Notes under the pieces: generated by a model | The model's input: the letters and a program-made list of their open reading frames with translations, nothing else | What the model was told of the DNA's origin: nothing | Database searches by the model: none | Assembly (NCBI GenBank): GCA_023381415.1 | Contig: JAMCUN010000009.1 | Coordinates: forward strand, 26,616-90,615 | Direction: 5' to 3' | Source: Thermoplasmatota archaeon | GTDB taxonomy: Archaea; Thermoplasmatota; Thermoplasmata; Thermoplasmatales; GCA-001856825 | DNA: 64,000 nt | Program-made: the position numbers and the translations under genes | Shown: positions 46,843-56,422 of the stretch, piece after piece | Layout of the letters: each line of letters begins with the position of its first letter | How positions within the stretch are numbered: position 1 is the stretch's first letter

Positions 46843-47535
46843 TCACTCCTTCTTCTTGACGAATTTCTTTGCTTCCTGGACTTCGTTTGCTGGGACCTCC
46901 TTGTAGGTGAGCCACCAGGCAAATCCTTTTGACTGCTCCATTCTCGTCTTAGAATCTGCGACATTTCTAGGAGGAGGATTTATTGCATTCTCTCCTATAA
47001 GCTCGTTTTCAGGCCAGTTTGCCGGCAGCGCTACCTTGTACTTGTCGTTCATCTGGAGCGCCTTGATTGCCCTCAGCAGTTCATCTACGTTCCTGCCTAT
47101 TTCAAGTGGGTAGTACATTATGAGCCTCACCACGGAGTTGGGGTCAACGATGAATACCGCTCGAACAGTGGATGAGGAGGACTCTGGATGAATCATGCCA
47201 AGGCGTGTAGCCACCCTTCCCATCGAATCCCCAATCACTGGAAAAGGTACTTTCACCCCCAGGTGCTCCTCGATCCAGTTAACCCACTCAATGTGGCTTA
47301 TTGTGCTGTCGACAGACAGTCCTATGAGCTCAGTATTCAGCTTCTGGAAATCAGCGTATCTCCTTGAGAAGGAAAAGAATTCTGTTGTGCAGACAGGAGT
47401 GAAATCTCCTGGATGGCTGAACAGCATGAACCATTTCCCCTTGTAAGCATCAGGCACCTTAAGCATACCGTGTGTGGTCTCAACCTGCAATTCCGGGAAT
47501 CGCTCCCCTATCAATGGAAACCTATTCTCTTCCAT
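46843..47535 (-). CDS. peroxiredoxin (Prx6/1-Cys type)
   Basis: Peroxidatic Cys motif [14 protein letters not shown]. No C-terminal resolving Cys pair visible. Confidence 0.9.
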   Translation of the reverse strand: MEENRFPLIGERFPELQVETTHGMLKVPDAYKGKWFMLFSHPGDFTPVCTTEFFSFSRRYADFQKLNTELIGLSVDSTISHIEWVNWIEEHLGVKVPFPVIGDSMGRVATRLGMIHPESSSSTVRAVFIVDPNSVVRLIMYYPLEIGRNVDELLRAIKALQMNDKYKVALPANWPENELIGENAINPPPRNVADSKTRMEQSKGFAWWLTYKEVPANEVQEAKKFVKKKE

Positions 47536-47573
47536 TTTCTTTCACCTTCTTCAAAACAGTAATAAATATTAGT

Positions 47574-47585
47574 TAATAATTATTA
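47574..47585. promoter_or_regulatory. perfect 12-bp palindrome TAATAATTATTA, candidate Fur/PerR-type box
   Basis: Located 39-50 nt upstream of the peroxiredoxin ATG, in the 188-nt divergent gap shared with the Fur-family gene. Confidence 0.35.
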
Positions 47586-47723
47586 CTATTTAGTATCTTG
47601 TTAATTGAACTTAAAATATATTTTTATGGGAATGAACGCACAATCACCAACTATGCAGTCAAGCCGGTGTATTCTGGGTGATTACAGAAAATTGAATAAC
47701 TATCACTGAATAGTCGCTGCGAC

Positions 47724-48119
47724 ATGGAACTTGATGCTACTAAGCTGCTTCGTGACAAGGGGCTGAAGGTAACCCCCCAAAGGATTTCCATACTCAGGAT
47801 ATTGAGCAGGGGCGGTCATTTTACAGGAGAGCAGGTTTACTCCCTGATAAGGAAGAAGGAACCGAGCATTAGCATCTCAACAGTATACAACACCCTGGAT
47901 ACATTGGACCGCAGTGAGATTCTGAATTCGTTCGAGGTGAACGGGATGAAGTGGTACGAATCAAAACTGGATTCACACGTGAACGTCTATTGCACGGACA
48001 GCAATGAGGTGATGGACATCGACCTGGACCTCGCCCCTTTGAAGAAAGAGCTGATGCGGAAGGGGTTGGATGCCACAAAGATAAGCGTCATAGCCTACTC
48101 TGAATGCAGGAAAAAGTGA
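47724..48119 (+). CDS. Fur family transcriptional regulator
   Basis: N-terminal winged helix GLKVTPQRISILRILSRGGHFTGEQVYSLI....SISISTVYNTLDTL. The C-terminal domain has only two Cys, so there is no CxxC pair. Confidence 0.8.
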   Translation: MELDATKLLRDKGLKVTPQRISILRILSRGGHFTGEQVYSLIRKKEPSISISTVYNTLDTLDRSEILNSFEVNGMKWYESKLDSHVNVYCTDSNEVMDIDLDLAPLKKELMRKGLDATKISVIAYSECRKK

Positions 48120-48136
48120 GTGTTGTGGATATCAGT

Positions 48137-49345
48137 TCAGTGCTTCTTGACAGCTTCCGCTATTTTTTCAAGCGCACTCCTCAATATTGACCTGGGACAG
48201 GCCAGGTTTATCCTTTCAAAGCCTTCTCCGCCGTCCCTGAAAATATAACCTTCGTCCAGCGCCACCTTCGCATCCCTCAGCATCATTCTTTCCAGCTTCT
48301 TCACATCCTGTTCCACTCTCCTGAAGTCAAGCCAGCATAGGTATGTCCCTTCAGGCTCAATCACCCTGACCTCTGGTACGTTCTCTTTGACGAACTGCTT
48401 CAGGAAATCAAGATTCCCCTTGAGGTATGCACGGAACTCTTCCAGCCAGTCTTCGCACTCGTTGTATGCGACCATTACTGCATCTGGAGCAAATGAGTTG
48501 GGGTGTACGTTGCTGCAGGACTCAACCTCATTTGAGAATATGCTCCTCTTCTTCTCGTCAGGTATTATTATGTTTGATATCTGGAGTCCTGCGAGATTGA
48601 ACGTCTTTGACGCAGAAGTACAGGTTATGGAAGTGGATGCAAATTCTTCTGATATGGATGCGAAGTTCGTGTGGACTATGCCGGGGTAAGTTATGTCGGA
48701 ATGAATCTCGTCCGAGATCACAAGAAGACCGTTGTCTGCGCATATCCTCCCAAGCCTCTTCAATTCGTCTTTCTTCCACACCCTTCCCACTGGATTGTGC
48801 GGTGAACATAGTATCATAATCCTCGCCCTGCTGTCCCTGGCCTTCTCCTCAAGATCGTCGAAATCCATCTCATAGCGGTCACCGTTCAGCTTCAGCCTGT
48901 TGTTTAGAACCTGCCTTCCGTTTGATTCTATTGACTTGAAGAATGGGTAATACACCGGGGTCTGCACTATGATCCTGTCCCCTGGGTTAGAGAATGCCCT
49001 GATTGCAAGACTGACGGCAGGGACCACTCCAGGAGTGTAGACTATCCATTCCTTCCTTATCTCCCAACCGTACCTCCTCCTGTACCAGCCTATCACTGAG
49101 TCGTAGTATTCGTTCGTAAGGCCGGTATAGCCGTATATGCCGTGCTTAGCCCTGGATACAAGCGCATCTATCACAGGTTGGGGGGACCGGAAGTCCATGT
49201 CAGCCACCCAGAGGGGCAGAAGGTCGTCATAACCGAAGTTCTTCTCCAGGAAATCCCACTTCTCGCATGATGTGTTTCTGCGATTCACTACGTCATCAAA
49301 ATTGTATTTTGTACCAGACATCGCTATATCAGCCGCTCTTAGCAT
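48137..49345 (-). CDS. PatB/MalY-type PLP-dependent C-S lyase (cystathionine beta-lyase family)
   Basis: NRRNTSCEKWD, LWVADMDF, SPHNPVGRVW, PLP-Lys block SASKTFNLAGL. Confidence 0.8.
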   Translation of the reverse strand: MLRAADIAMSGTKYNFDDVVNRRNTSCEKWDFLEKNFGYDDLLPLWVADMDFRSPQPVIDALVSRAKHGIYGYTGLTNEYYDSVIGWYRRRYGWEIRKEWIVYTPGVVPAVSLAIRAFSNPGDRIIVQTPVYYPFFKSIESNGRQVLNNRLKLNGDRYEMDFDDLEEKARDSRARIMILCSPHNPVGRVWKKDELKRLGRICADNGLLVISDEIHSDITYPGIVHTNFASISEEFASTSITCTSASKTFNLAGLQISNIIIPDEKKRSIFSNEVESCSNVHPNSFAPDAVMVAYNECEDWLEEFRAYLKGNLDFLKQFVKENVPEVRVIEPEGTYLCWLDFRRVEQDVKKLERMMLRDAKVALDEGYIFRDGGEGFERINLACPRSILRSALEKIAEAVKKH

Positions 49346-49768
49346 TTGACATTTCTATATGCCGTTTTCGGTATCTGTCGCGATCATAGGACTTAAAGAT
49401 GCGCTGCTTCAGGTGGATTATTGTTACGAGAAGCTTCATGATTTACCTTGCGATCAGCATCATCCACTCTCCGATACTCCCATCCAATTTGACCCGCAGC
49501 AGCCTGCCGTTCCTGTGGTGCTTGCGGAGGATCGGAACATATGTTTTATACAAGAAGCAGTCAACATTTGCGTTATCTGCCAGTCTTCAGTGAAATGGAT
49601 GATCATCCATTACCCTTCATATTGTGGAGAAACCGGTTATTTAGGAAACGCATTTATGAGGTGTTCAGATTACTAAGGTGCATATTCAGAACGTCATGCC
49701 TCCCAAAATGTACCTGAACCATGATACCACAGTCAAAACAAATCTGAGGTGCTTTACCGAATGAAAGG

Positions 49769-49776
49769 TTATATAT
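49769..49776 (+). promoter_or_regulatory. TATA-like box TTATATAT for the r-protein/rpoD operon
   Basis: 37-44 nt upstream of the S13 ATG (49813), preceded by purine-rich GAAAGG (BRE-like). Confidence 0.35.
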
Positions 49777-49812
49777 GCAAAACATCTAAAGGTCTTGCTC
49801 CGCAGTGATATA

Positions 49813-50349
49813 ATGGCTGAACAGAAAGGAAAGAATGAAAACATAAAATATATTGTAAGGCTTGCGAACACTAACCTTGACGGTACTAGACAGGCAGTGT
49901 ACGCTCTTTCAAATATTAAGGGAATAGGTTACAGGACTGCAGAAATATTGCTCAAGAAACTTAACATACCAAGAAATGTCAAGCTTGGGGAACTCGACGA
50001 TAGCAAGATCGATGAGATCAAGGATGCGATAGAGAGGAGATATCCGGAATTCTATCCACCCTGGACCATGAACCACCAGAGGGACATCCAGACGGGGGAA
50101 AACCTGCTCAAGGTCGGCCCGGACCTGGGAGTTGCTCTCCAGGATGACATAAACAGGATGAAGAGGACAAGAAGCTACAAGGGAATGAGGCACGAGAAAG
50201 GTAAGAAGGTCAGGGGACAGAGGACAAGATCGAATGGAAGGAAGGGACTGGCAGTTGGAGTCATGAAGAAGAGGGAAGGCGCAGCCCCGGAGGGAGGAGC
50301 CCCAGCGGCTGCTCCGGCTGCAGCGCCAGCAGAGGAAGCTAAGAAGTGA
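49813..50349 (+). CDS. rps13: 30S ribosomal protein S13 (uS13)
   Basis: RLANTNLDGTRQAVYALSNIKGIGYRTAEILL and RSYKGMRHEKGKKVRGQRTRSNGR blocks. ATG 49813 chosen. Confidence 0.95.
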   Translation: MAEQKGKNENIKYIVRLANTNLDGTRQAVYALSNIKGIGYRTAEILLKKLNIPRNVKLGELDDSKIDEIKDAIERRYPEFYPPWTMNHQRDIQTGENLLKVGPDLGVALQDDINRMKRTRSYKGMRHEKGKKVRGQRTRSNGRKGLAVGVMKKREGAAPEGGAPAAAPAAAPAEEAKK

Positions 50350-50355
50350 TGATCA

Positions 50356-50940
50356 ATGGGAGATCCTAAGAAGATAAGGAAGAAGTACGACACCCCGAGA
50401 CACCCGTTCGAGGGGGAGAGGATTAAGGCAGAGAACCAGGTGGTAGTAGCGTACGGCCTGAAGAACAAGAGGGAACTGTGGAAGGCAGAGTCAGAGCTCA
50501 AGAAATACAGGACAAACGCAATATCAATACAGGCAAGCCTAAGGCTCAACGATGCAAGGGCTGTTGAAAGGATAAAGAGCATGATAGGAAGGCTTTCCCG
50601 TTACGGCATACTGAGCGAGAACGCAACCGCAGACGACATACTTGCACTCAACGTCCAATCATTCCTCGAAAGGAGGCTGCAGACCCTTGTCATGAGGAAG
50701 GGACTGGCAAGGACTCCTGGAATGGCACGCCAGCTGATAGTTCATGGGCACATATCAGTGGGGGACAGGAAGGTCACTGTTCCTGGATACAAGGTACTGA
50801 AGGTGGAGGAGGAGTCGGTGAACTATGCACCAAATTCCCCACTTGCAAACGAGCTTCACCCCATGAGGATGGTAGGGGAGAAGAAGGAAGGGGAGGCACC
50901 GGCAGGGCCTGCACCGCAGCAAGAAGGAGATGATCAATGA
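50356..50940 (+). CDS. rps4: 30S ribosomal protein S4 (uS4)
   Basis: [20 protein letters not shown] terminus and S4 RNA-binding domain [35 protein letters not shown]. Confidence 0.95.
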   Translation: MGDPKKIRKKYDTPRHPFEGERIKAENQVVVAYGLKNKRELWKAESELKKYRTNAISIQASLRLNDARAVERIKSMIGRLSRYGILSENATADDILALNVQSFLERRLQTLVMRKGLARTPGMARQLIVHGHISVGDRKVTVPGYKVLKVEEESVNYAPNSPLANELHPMRMVGEKKEGEAPAGPAPQQEGDDQ

Positions 50941-51323
50941 TGGGTAAGGTAGGAGTAGTCAATATATATGCATCGCAGAATAATACTGTTATCACCGTGA
51001 CAGACATTACGGGTGCGGAAACGCTTGCGAAGGCATCCGGAGGAATGGTCGTCAAGGCAGACAGGGACGAGAGTTCTCCCTACGCCGCAATGAAGGAGAT
51101 AGACCTCATTGTGGAGAAGCTGAGGGAGAAGGAGATAACAGACGTTGTGATCAAGATCAGGGCACCTGGAGGTGCCAAGAGCCACAACCCCGGGCCTGGA
51201 GCACAGGCAGCCGTGAGGGCGCTGGCAAGGGCTGGAATAAAGATAGCGAGGATAGAGGACTCAACACCCATTCCCCACGACGGAACGAAGAAGAAAGGGG
51301 GGAAGAGGGGAAGAAGAGTATGA
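50937..51323 (+). CDS. rps11: 30S ribosomal protein S11 (uS11)
   Basis: [23 protein letters not shown]...SPYAAM...[19 protein letters not shown]...[13 protein letters not shown] overlap with S4. Confidence 0.95.
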   Translation: MMGKVGVVNIYASQNNTVITVTDITGAETLAKASGGMVVKADRDESSPYAAMKEIDLIVEKLREKEITDVVIKIRAPGGAKSHNPGPGAQAAVRALARAGIKIARIEDSTPIPHDGTKKKGGKRGRRV

Positions 51324-52141
51324 GCGAGAACATCAAGATACTGGAGGAGGGAGAAACTTTCATCAGGTTCGAGATCAGCGACATCTCCCCTGCATACGCC
51401 AACCTACTGAGGAGGACGCTCATTAACGACATACCGAAACTCGCAATATCAAAGGTCAATTTCCATCATGGTGAGATAAGGCAGGAAGGGGAGAAGGTGT
51501 ATTCCTCCCTCACGTCCCTTTTCGACGAGGTGATAGCATCTAGGCTGGGAATGATACCCCTCCCTACAGACCTCAAGATGAACGAGAGGGAGAACTGTAG
51601 CTGCGGTGGAGCAGGATGTTCGCTGTGCACAGTCAACTACAGCATATTTGTCGTAGGACCGAAGAAAGTCATGAGCGGAGACCTTGTTGCAATAGGGGAT
51701 TCAAAGATGTCACCCACTGACAAGGAAATTCCGATAGTTGACCTCAACGAGAGGCAAGCGATGATGCTGGATGCTGAGGCATACGTGGGAAGGGCGAGGG
51801 ACCATGCAAGATTCCAGACAACGAGCGGCGTATCTTACAGATACGGGAGGGAGTTGAAGGTTTCTGCAAGGGAGCCGGAACTGGATGAAATAATAAAGCA
51901 CTCCCCCAAGAACGTCCTCAGGAAGAACGACAAGGAGGTCGTGTTCACTGCAGATTATCCGTCCAAGTACATAGGCAAGCTGTACAGGATGGATTCGCTT
52001 GAGATAAAGGAAGACGAAAGAAGGTTTATATTCTACTTTGAAACTGATGGTAGCTTGGGACCCAGACAGGTTCTTGAGTACGCACTTTCCAGGATAAGGG
52101 AGAGGCTGTCGGGAATAGTCGAGAAGGTTCCGGGCGAGTAG
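51320..52141 (+). CDS. rpoD: DNA-directed RNA polymerase subunit D (Rpo3)
   Basis: [13 protein letters not shown] dimerisation-domain block and an Rpb3-like Cys loop [11 protein letters not shown]. No domain-3 Fe-S Cys cluster visible. Confidence 0.9.
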   Translation: MSENIKILEEGETFIRFEISDISPAYANLLRRTLINDIPKLAISKVNFHHGEIRQEGEKVYSSLTSLFDEVIASRLGMIPLPTDLKMNERENCSCGGAGCSLCTVNYSIFVVGPKKVMSGDLVAIGDSKMSPTDKEIPIVDLNERQAMMLDAEAYVGRARDHARFQTTSGVSYRYGRELKVSAREPELDEIIKHSPKNVLRKNDKEVVFTADYPSKYIGKLYRMDSLEIKEDERRFIFYFETDGSLGPRQVLEYALSRIRERLSGIVEKVPGE

Positions 52142-52160
52142 CTGGAATAAGTGAGACAGG

Positions 52161-53525
52161 ATGGTACTTGATTCGCTGGCCAAGAGCCTACGCGATGCCC
52201 TCAGGCGCATAAACAAGAGTGCATTAGTGGACGACAGGTTGGTAGATGAGATCGTCAAGGAAATGCAGAGGGCCCTTTTGATGGCTGATGTGGACGTCGC
52301 CCTCACTCTAGATATCACGAATTCTGTGGAGAAGAGGGCGAAGGAGGAGCCGGTGCCGAAGAATTCGAACCCGAGAAACCACCTCATCAGGATCATATAC
52401 GAAGAGCTCCTCAGGATACTCGGTAAGCCGAGGGAATTTCACGTCAAGCCAGCCACCCTGATGCTTGTGGGACTCTATGGCCAGGGGAAGACGACAAGCG
52501 CAGGGAAGCTTGCAAAGTTTTACGCCAAGCACGGCTACAAGGTGGTCCTCATAGCCGCCGATACGCAGCGCCTTGGAGCCTACGAACAGCTTGAACAGGT
52601 AGCGGGTTCAGTCGGCGCCAGCTTCTTCGGGATATACGGTGAGAAGGACAGCAGAAGGGTCGTGAAGGAAGGACTGGAGAAATTCAGGGACTGGGACGTG
52701 AAGATAATAGATACAAGCGGAAGGAATGCTATAGATTCATCCCTTACGAAAGAAATAGCGGACATAAACGATATTGCCAAGCCAGACGAGGTCGTGCTCA
52801 TCCTGGACGCGAGCATAGGCCAGGCTGCAGGAAAGCAGGCAAAGGCGTTCAACGAGGCTGTAAAGATAACAGGTGTTTACATAACGAAGCTTGACGGGAC
52901 TGCAAAGGGGGGAGGTGCCTTGAGCGCGGTAGCCTCAACGGGCGCCCCGATACTGTTCATCGGGACCGGGGAGCACATGGAGGATATGGAGTACTTCAAC
53001 CCGGCCAGGTTCCTGTCGAGGCTGCTCGGGATGGGTGATTTCGAAACGTTAATGGCCGCTGCCAAGGAGTTCCAGAAGGAGCTTGATGAGAACGCTGTAG
53101 AGAAGATGGCCCAGGGGAAATTCACGCTGAAGGAGATGTATGACGTATGGGACCAGATGAGCAAACCGGGCCTTTTCAAGAAGCTATTTGACTCCATGCC
53201 GATGGCTGCGGGGGGTATGAAGAAGGAGATGGACGAACAGTTCCTGGACGAATCTGAGGGGAAGCTCAGGAAGTACAAGGTCATAATGGATTCGATGACT
53301 TATTACGAGATGGAGAACCCTGAGGAGATAAAGGGGCAGAGGGTTGAAAGGATTGCAAGGGGGTCAGGGTATAACACTTCAGATGTGAAAGAACTGCTCA
53401 GGGACTACAAGAGGGTGAAGGACATGGTGAAGAACCTTAAGGGCAACAGGAAGATACTGAGCATGATGAAGAAGCAGTTCAAGAACGGAAACGTCCCAGA
53501 GGACTTGAGCAACCTTCCTCAGTGA
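52161..53525 (+). CDS. srp54: signal recognition particle protein SRP54
   Basis: G1 GLYGQGKTTSAGKLA, G3 DTSGR, G4 TKLDG, and a Met-rich M domain. Confidence 0.95.
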   Translation: MVLDSLAKSLRDALRRINKSALVDDRLVDEIVKEMQRALLMADVDVALTLDITNSVEKRAKEEPVPKNSNPRNHLIRIIYEELLRILGKPREFHVKPATLMLVGLYGQGKTTSAGKLAKFYAKHGYKVVLIAADTQRLGAYEQLEQVAGSVGASFFGIYGEKDSRRVVKEGLEKFRDWDVKIIDTSGRNAIDSSLTKEIADINDIAKPDEVVLILDASIGQAAGKQAKAFNEAVKITGVYITKLDGTAKGGGALSAVASTGAPILFIGTGEHMEDMEYFNPARFLSRLLGMGDFETLMAAAKEFQKELDENAVEKMAQGKFTLKEMYDVWDQMSKPGLFKKLFDSMPMAAGGMKKEMDEQFLDESEGKLRKYKVIMDSMTYYEMENPEEIKGQRVERIARGSGYNTSDVKELLRDYKRVKDMVKNLKGNRKILSMMKKQFKNGNVPEDLSNLPQ

Positions 53526-54034
53526 GTGTATAGCTCATATTTCCCTTCAATGTGGTCCCTTATGAGTTTCTGGTAAACTTCTCCGTTTCTCCTCGCTGCT
53601 TCTCCCACTGATTCATCGCACCTGACTATCTTTGCTGGCGACCCGACTGCGAGACAGTTCTTCCCAACCACTTTCCCTGTTGTGATTATAGATCCAGCTC
53701 CAATTATTGCCCCTTCCTCGACAACAGAGCCGGACAGAAGTATGCTGCCCATGCCTATCAGTGCATTTGACCCTACTCTTGCCCCGTGGACTATGGCACC
53801 GTGCCCTATCGATACGTTCTCTCCAACCTCAGTCCTGTTTTCCCTATCCACGTGAATGACGACGTTGTCCTGTACGTTTGAATTCCTTCCTATGTGTATT
53901 GAATTCTGGTCCCCCCTCAGGACCGCGCCGAACATTATTCCTGCGTTGTCGTCTATCGTTACATCTCCGATGATTGTTGCATTCCTGGCAATGAAAGCTG
54001 TGGATGCTATCTTCATGTACCTTTTAGTCCGCAT
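53519..54034 (-). CDS. gamma-carbonic-anhydrase-like / hexapeptide-repeat (PaaY/YrdA) protein
   Basis: Left-handed beta-helix hexapeptide repeats (IIGDVTIDDNAGIMFGAVLRGD...IHIGRNSNVQDNVVIH...VGENVSIGHGAIVHG). 171 aa. Confidence 0.8.
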   Translation of the reverse strand: MRTKRYMKIASTAFIARNATIIGDVTIDDNAGIMFGAVLRGDQNSIHIGRNSNVQDNVVIHVDRENRTEVGENVSIGHGAIVHGARVGSNALIGMGSILLSGSVVEEGAIIGAGSIITTGKVVGKNCLAVGSPAKIVRCDESVGEAARRNGEVYQKLIRDHIEGKYELYTH

Positions 54035-54940
54035 GAATATTTATTGATTTCTTTGCAGGTCCTCCTTCGTTCTCCCATATTTCTGAGGATTCTGTGAGTG
54101 GAATGTTTGATACATCAAGACGTCTATCTAAAGATGTTATGAAATCCGCTCAGACGCCAATAGGCTAAAAATTTGATTCAGATGGAAGCTGAAGAGGGGA
54201 ATTGGTTAGGTGTTGCCGTACGAATCGAGCGTTTAGTAGAATGCTCTGATTAATGGAGAAGTATGATCAATTTTGCATTACCTGAACTCCCCTTTAAATG
54301 CCAACACGCCTCTTTGAAATAAAGAAACATTATCTCAAAAAGATGGAAAGCTAGGGTGTTTTGTCTCGTTCCGCAGTGCCGACAAGTGGGTAAATGCACA
54401 GGAAAAAAGGGATCTTGGCACTGCGTTGAAATGCAGGAAATAAGATATAGTTATACTCATCATCCAAATCTAGTGGCGACCCTACTGCCCCTCTTTCTGG
54501 CGATGAGAACCAGGCCAAAGAGCGGAAACTTAGACATGTTGTGGTCGTGAAATAGCCAAAAATGATGACCAGCTGAAAAAAATCCTGAAATACATCTTGA
54601 GAGATTGGTAAATTATACTGTATTGCAGAGAGAGTTGATGGCTGTGTGAAATTACCTGACATTCAAAATGAAGTCCTTAGAGTCTTGAAGTTGAAATCTA
54701 GGCATTGAATTGTAGTTTTTGGAAGTCAAGAAGGCTCTGACATTCTATCAAATTTAATTAAAGTTCAAAAGTGCCTTGCTTTACTCATACTTCTCTGCCC
54801 TTTCGCATCAAGGAAGGGACAATGCCCGGATAAATGAAATGCATGAGGTTAAACCTAGAATGAATATGGGAAGGGACTCCCGGAAAGAGAAGTGAGGTTC
54901 CATCCTTGTCAAATGGCTGGGAAAAAGCACCCTGTGGAAT

Positions 54941-55987
54941 CTATTTTACTAAAGAGTGCAATTTTGCGGGATGTTTCCTTACTATGTGCATATCCTCTCC
55001 GCAGTAAGGACATCTTCCGTCCGTGGTGATTTCATATTTCATTATCTGAAACCCGTACCTCCTCACCAGTTCCTTTCCACAGTTAGGGCAGTAGGTATTC
55101 TCCAGGCGGTGACCTGGAACATTGCCGACGTAAACGAACCTCAACCCCTCTTCCTTCGCTATCTCATGGTGCCTTTCGAGTGTCGCTACTGGGGTAACGG
55201 GAACGTTCATCATCCTGTAGTCTGGATGAAATCTCGTGAAATGAAGGGGGGTGTTCGGTCCAAGGTTGTCCCTTATCCATCTCGATAGCGTTCTCGCATC
55301 TTCCTCGTTGTCCCCCATTCCCTTAACAGGAATTACCAGGTCGGTTATCTCCGTGTATATTCCTGCTGCCTTCAACCGCTTCAGTGTGTCGAAAACTGGC
55401 GAATAGCTCATTATTCCTATGTACTTTCTGCCAAATGCATCGTTTGCATTACCCTTGAAGTCCACGCTTATTGCATCCAGGAATTCTTTCAGGTATGGAA
55501 TGGCCTCTTGAGACTCATAACCGTTGCTTACGAAGGTGCTGAACAGCCCCTCTTTCTTTGCGAGAATACCTATGTCATGCGCATACTCCGCAAATATTGT
55601 GGGTTCGTTGTAGGTGTATGATATGCCGTCTGCACCGCTCCTCACCGCCAGGCCGACTACCTCTTCTGGCGTTAGATAATCCCCCATTATCTGCCTTCTC
55701 TGGGAGATATCGTTATTCTGGCAGAAAGAACACATCCAGTTGCAGCCGCTTGTTGAGAGGGACAGCACCCTTCCGCCTGGAAGGTAGTGGTAGAGTGGTT
55801 TTTTCTCTATTGGGTCGACTGCAATGGCAGCCACCCTTCCGTAGGAAAGCAAATGGAGTCTTCCCCCCACATTCTTCCTTATTCCGCAGAAACCAGTCTG
55901 TCCCTCGCCCAGTAGGCAGTACCTTGAGCAGGCGGTGCATTTCACTTTACCTGAGGACGATGAGTAGAGGACAGCTTCTTCCATCAA
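54941..55987 (-). CDS. AmmeMemoRadiSam-system radical SAM enzyme
   Basis: N-terminal Cys-rich segment VKCTACSRYCLLGEGQTGFCGIRKN, radical SAM CNWMCSFC (Cx3Cx2C), C-terminal CPNCG...CPYCG. Confidence 0.8.
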   Translation of the reverse strand: MMEEAVLYSSSSGKVKCTACSRYCLLGEGQTGFCGIRKNVGGRLHLLSYGRVAAIAVDPIEKKPLYHYLPGGRVLSLSTSGCNWMCSFCQNNDISQRRQIMGDYLTPEEVVGLAVRSGADGISYTYNEPTIFAEYAHDIGILAKKEGLFSTFVSNGYESQEAIPYLKEFLDAISVDFKGNANDAFGRKYIGIMSYSPVFDTLKRLKAAGIYTEITDLVIPVKGMGDNEEDARTLSRWIRDNLGPNTPLHFTRFHPDYRMMNVPVTPVATLERHHEIAKEEGLRFVYVGNVPGHRLENTYCPNCGKELVRRYGFQIMKYEITTDGRCPYCGEDMHIVRKHPAKLHSLVK

Positions 55988-56066
55988 GATGCAATATGAA
56001 ATTAGGACTTATCGTTTTCTGGATGTTCCCAGCTAATTTACAGTGGCATATCCCTCAGATCATCTT

Positions 56067-56249
56067 TCAGACAGGCCAGAATATCTTCAGGAGTTCTATT
56101 ACGACGCCGAAAATAACCGCTATATAAAGCACCAGCTTGGGATCGAATATTGGACCCAGGTCTTCCTCCTCGTCGAAGTAACGGATCAGGCCTGCTGCTG
56201 ACTGGAATCCTCCGCCTCTCTTATCTTCCGGCACCGTCTGGTGATGCAA
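56067..56249 (-). CDS. secG: preprotein translocase Sec61-beta (archaeal SecG)
   Basis: 60 aa. AGLIRYFDEE motif followed by a single C-terminal TM segment LVLYIAVIFGVVIELLKIF. Confidence 0.75.
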   Translation of the reverse strand: MHHQTVPEDKRGGGFQSAAGLIRYFDEEEDLGPIFDPKLVLYIAVIFGVVIELLKIFWPV

Positions 56250-56422
56250 ACACCGTGTTTAAACCTTTCTGGGTATTCCACCTTGTGTTGAACCAATATA
56301 TTGATTTGCATGCAGACGTACTGCCTTCCGATGCGGTGAAGTCGTCCTAGTATAGACGAACACGTAAAATACAAGCCTAAGATATTTTAACCAAAATGTT
56401 ATATGGAAGGAAGGGGAATTAA

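Noticed and set aside
54182-54550. Cys/His pattern (VPQCRQVGKCTGKKGSWHCVEMQ) as a decayed TnpB zinc-finger remnant of an IS200/IS605 element
   Set aside because: The resemblance to TSQxCSxCG...CxxCG...DRDxNAA is weak. There are multiple in-frame stops upstream, no RuvC motifs, no terminal hairpins and too little space for a TnpB body.
54559-54590. AATGATGA-CCAG-CTGA-AAAAAATC-CTGA as a box C/D sRNA
   Set aside because: The spacer to the first CUGA is only 4 nt. There is no flanking complementary stem (A-runs on both sides) and no C'/D' pair.
54035-54940. SRP (7S) RNA or RNase P RNA in the long gap near srp54
   Set aside because: I could find neither the P4/CR-I GGAAAGUCC and ACAGAA elements, nor an SRP helix-8 GGAA/AGCA loop pair, nor an Alu-domain GUAAC motif on either strand. 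This was eye-scanning only, so a covariance-model scan is still worthwhile.
54776-54943. 55 sense codons in frame after the TAG stop of the radical SAM gene, as a second possible readthrough
   Set aside because: The protein is already full length for its family (348 aa, ends after the CPYCG motif). The extension has atypical composition. An open run of 55 codons has roughly a 7 percent chance expectation.
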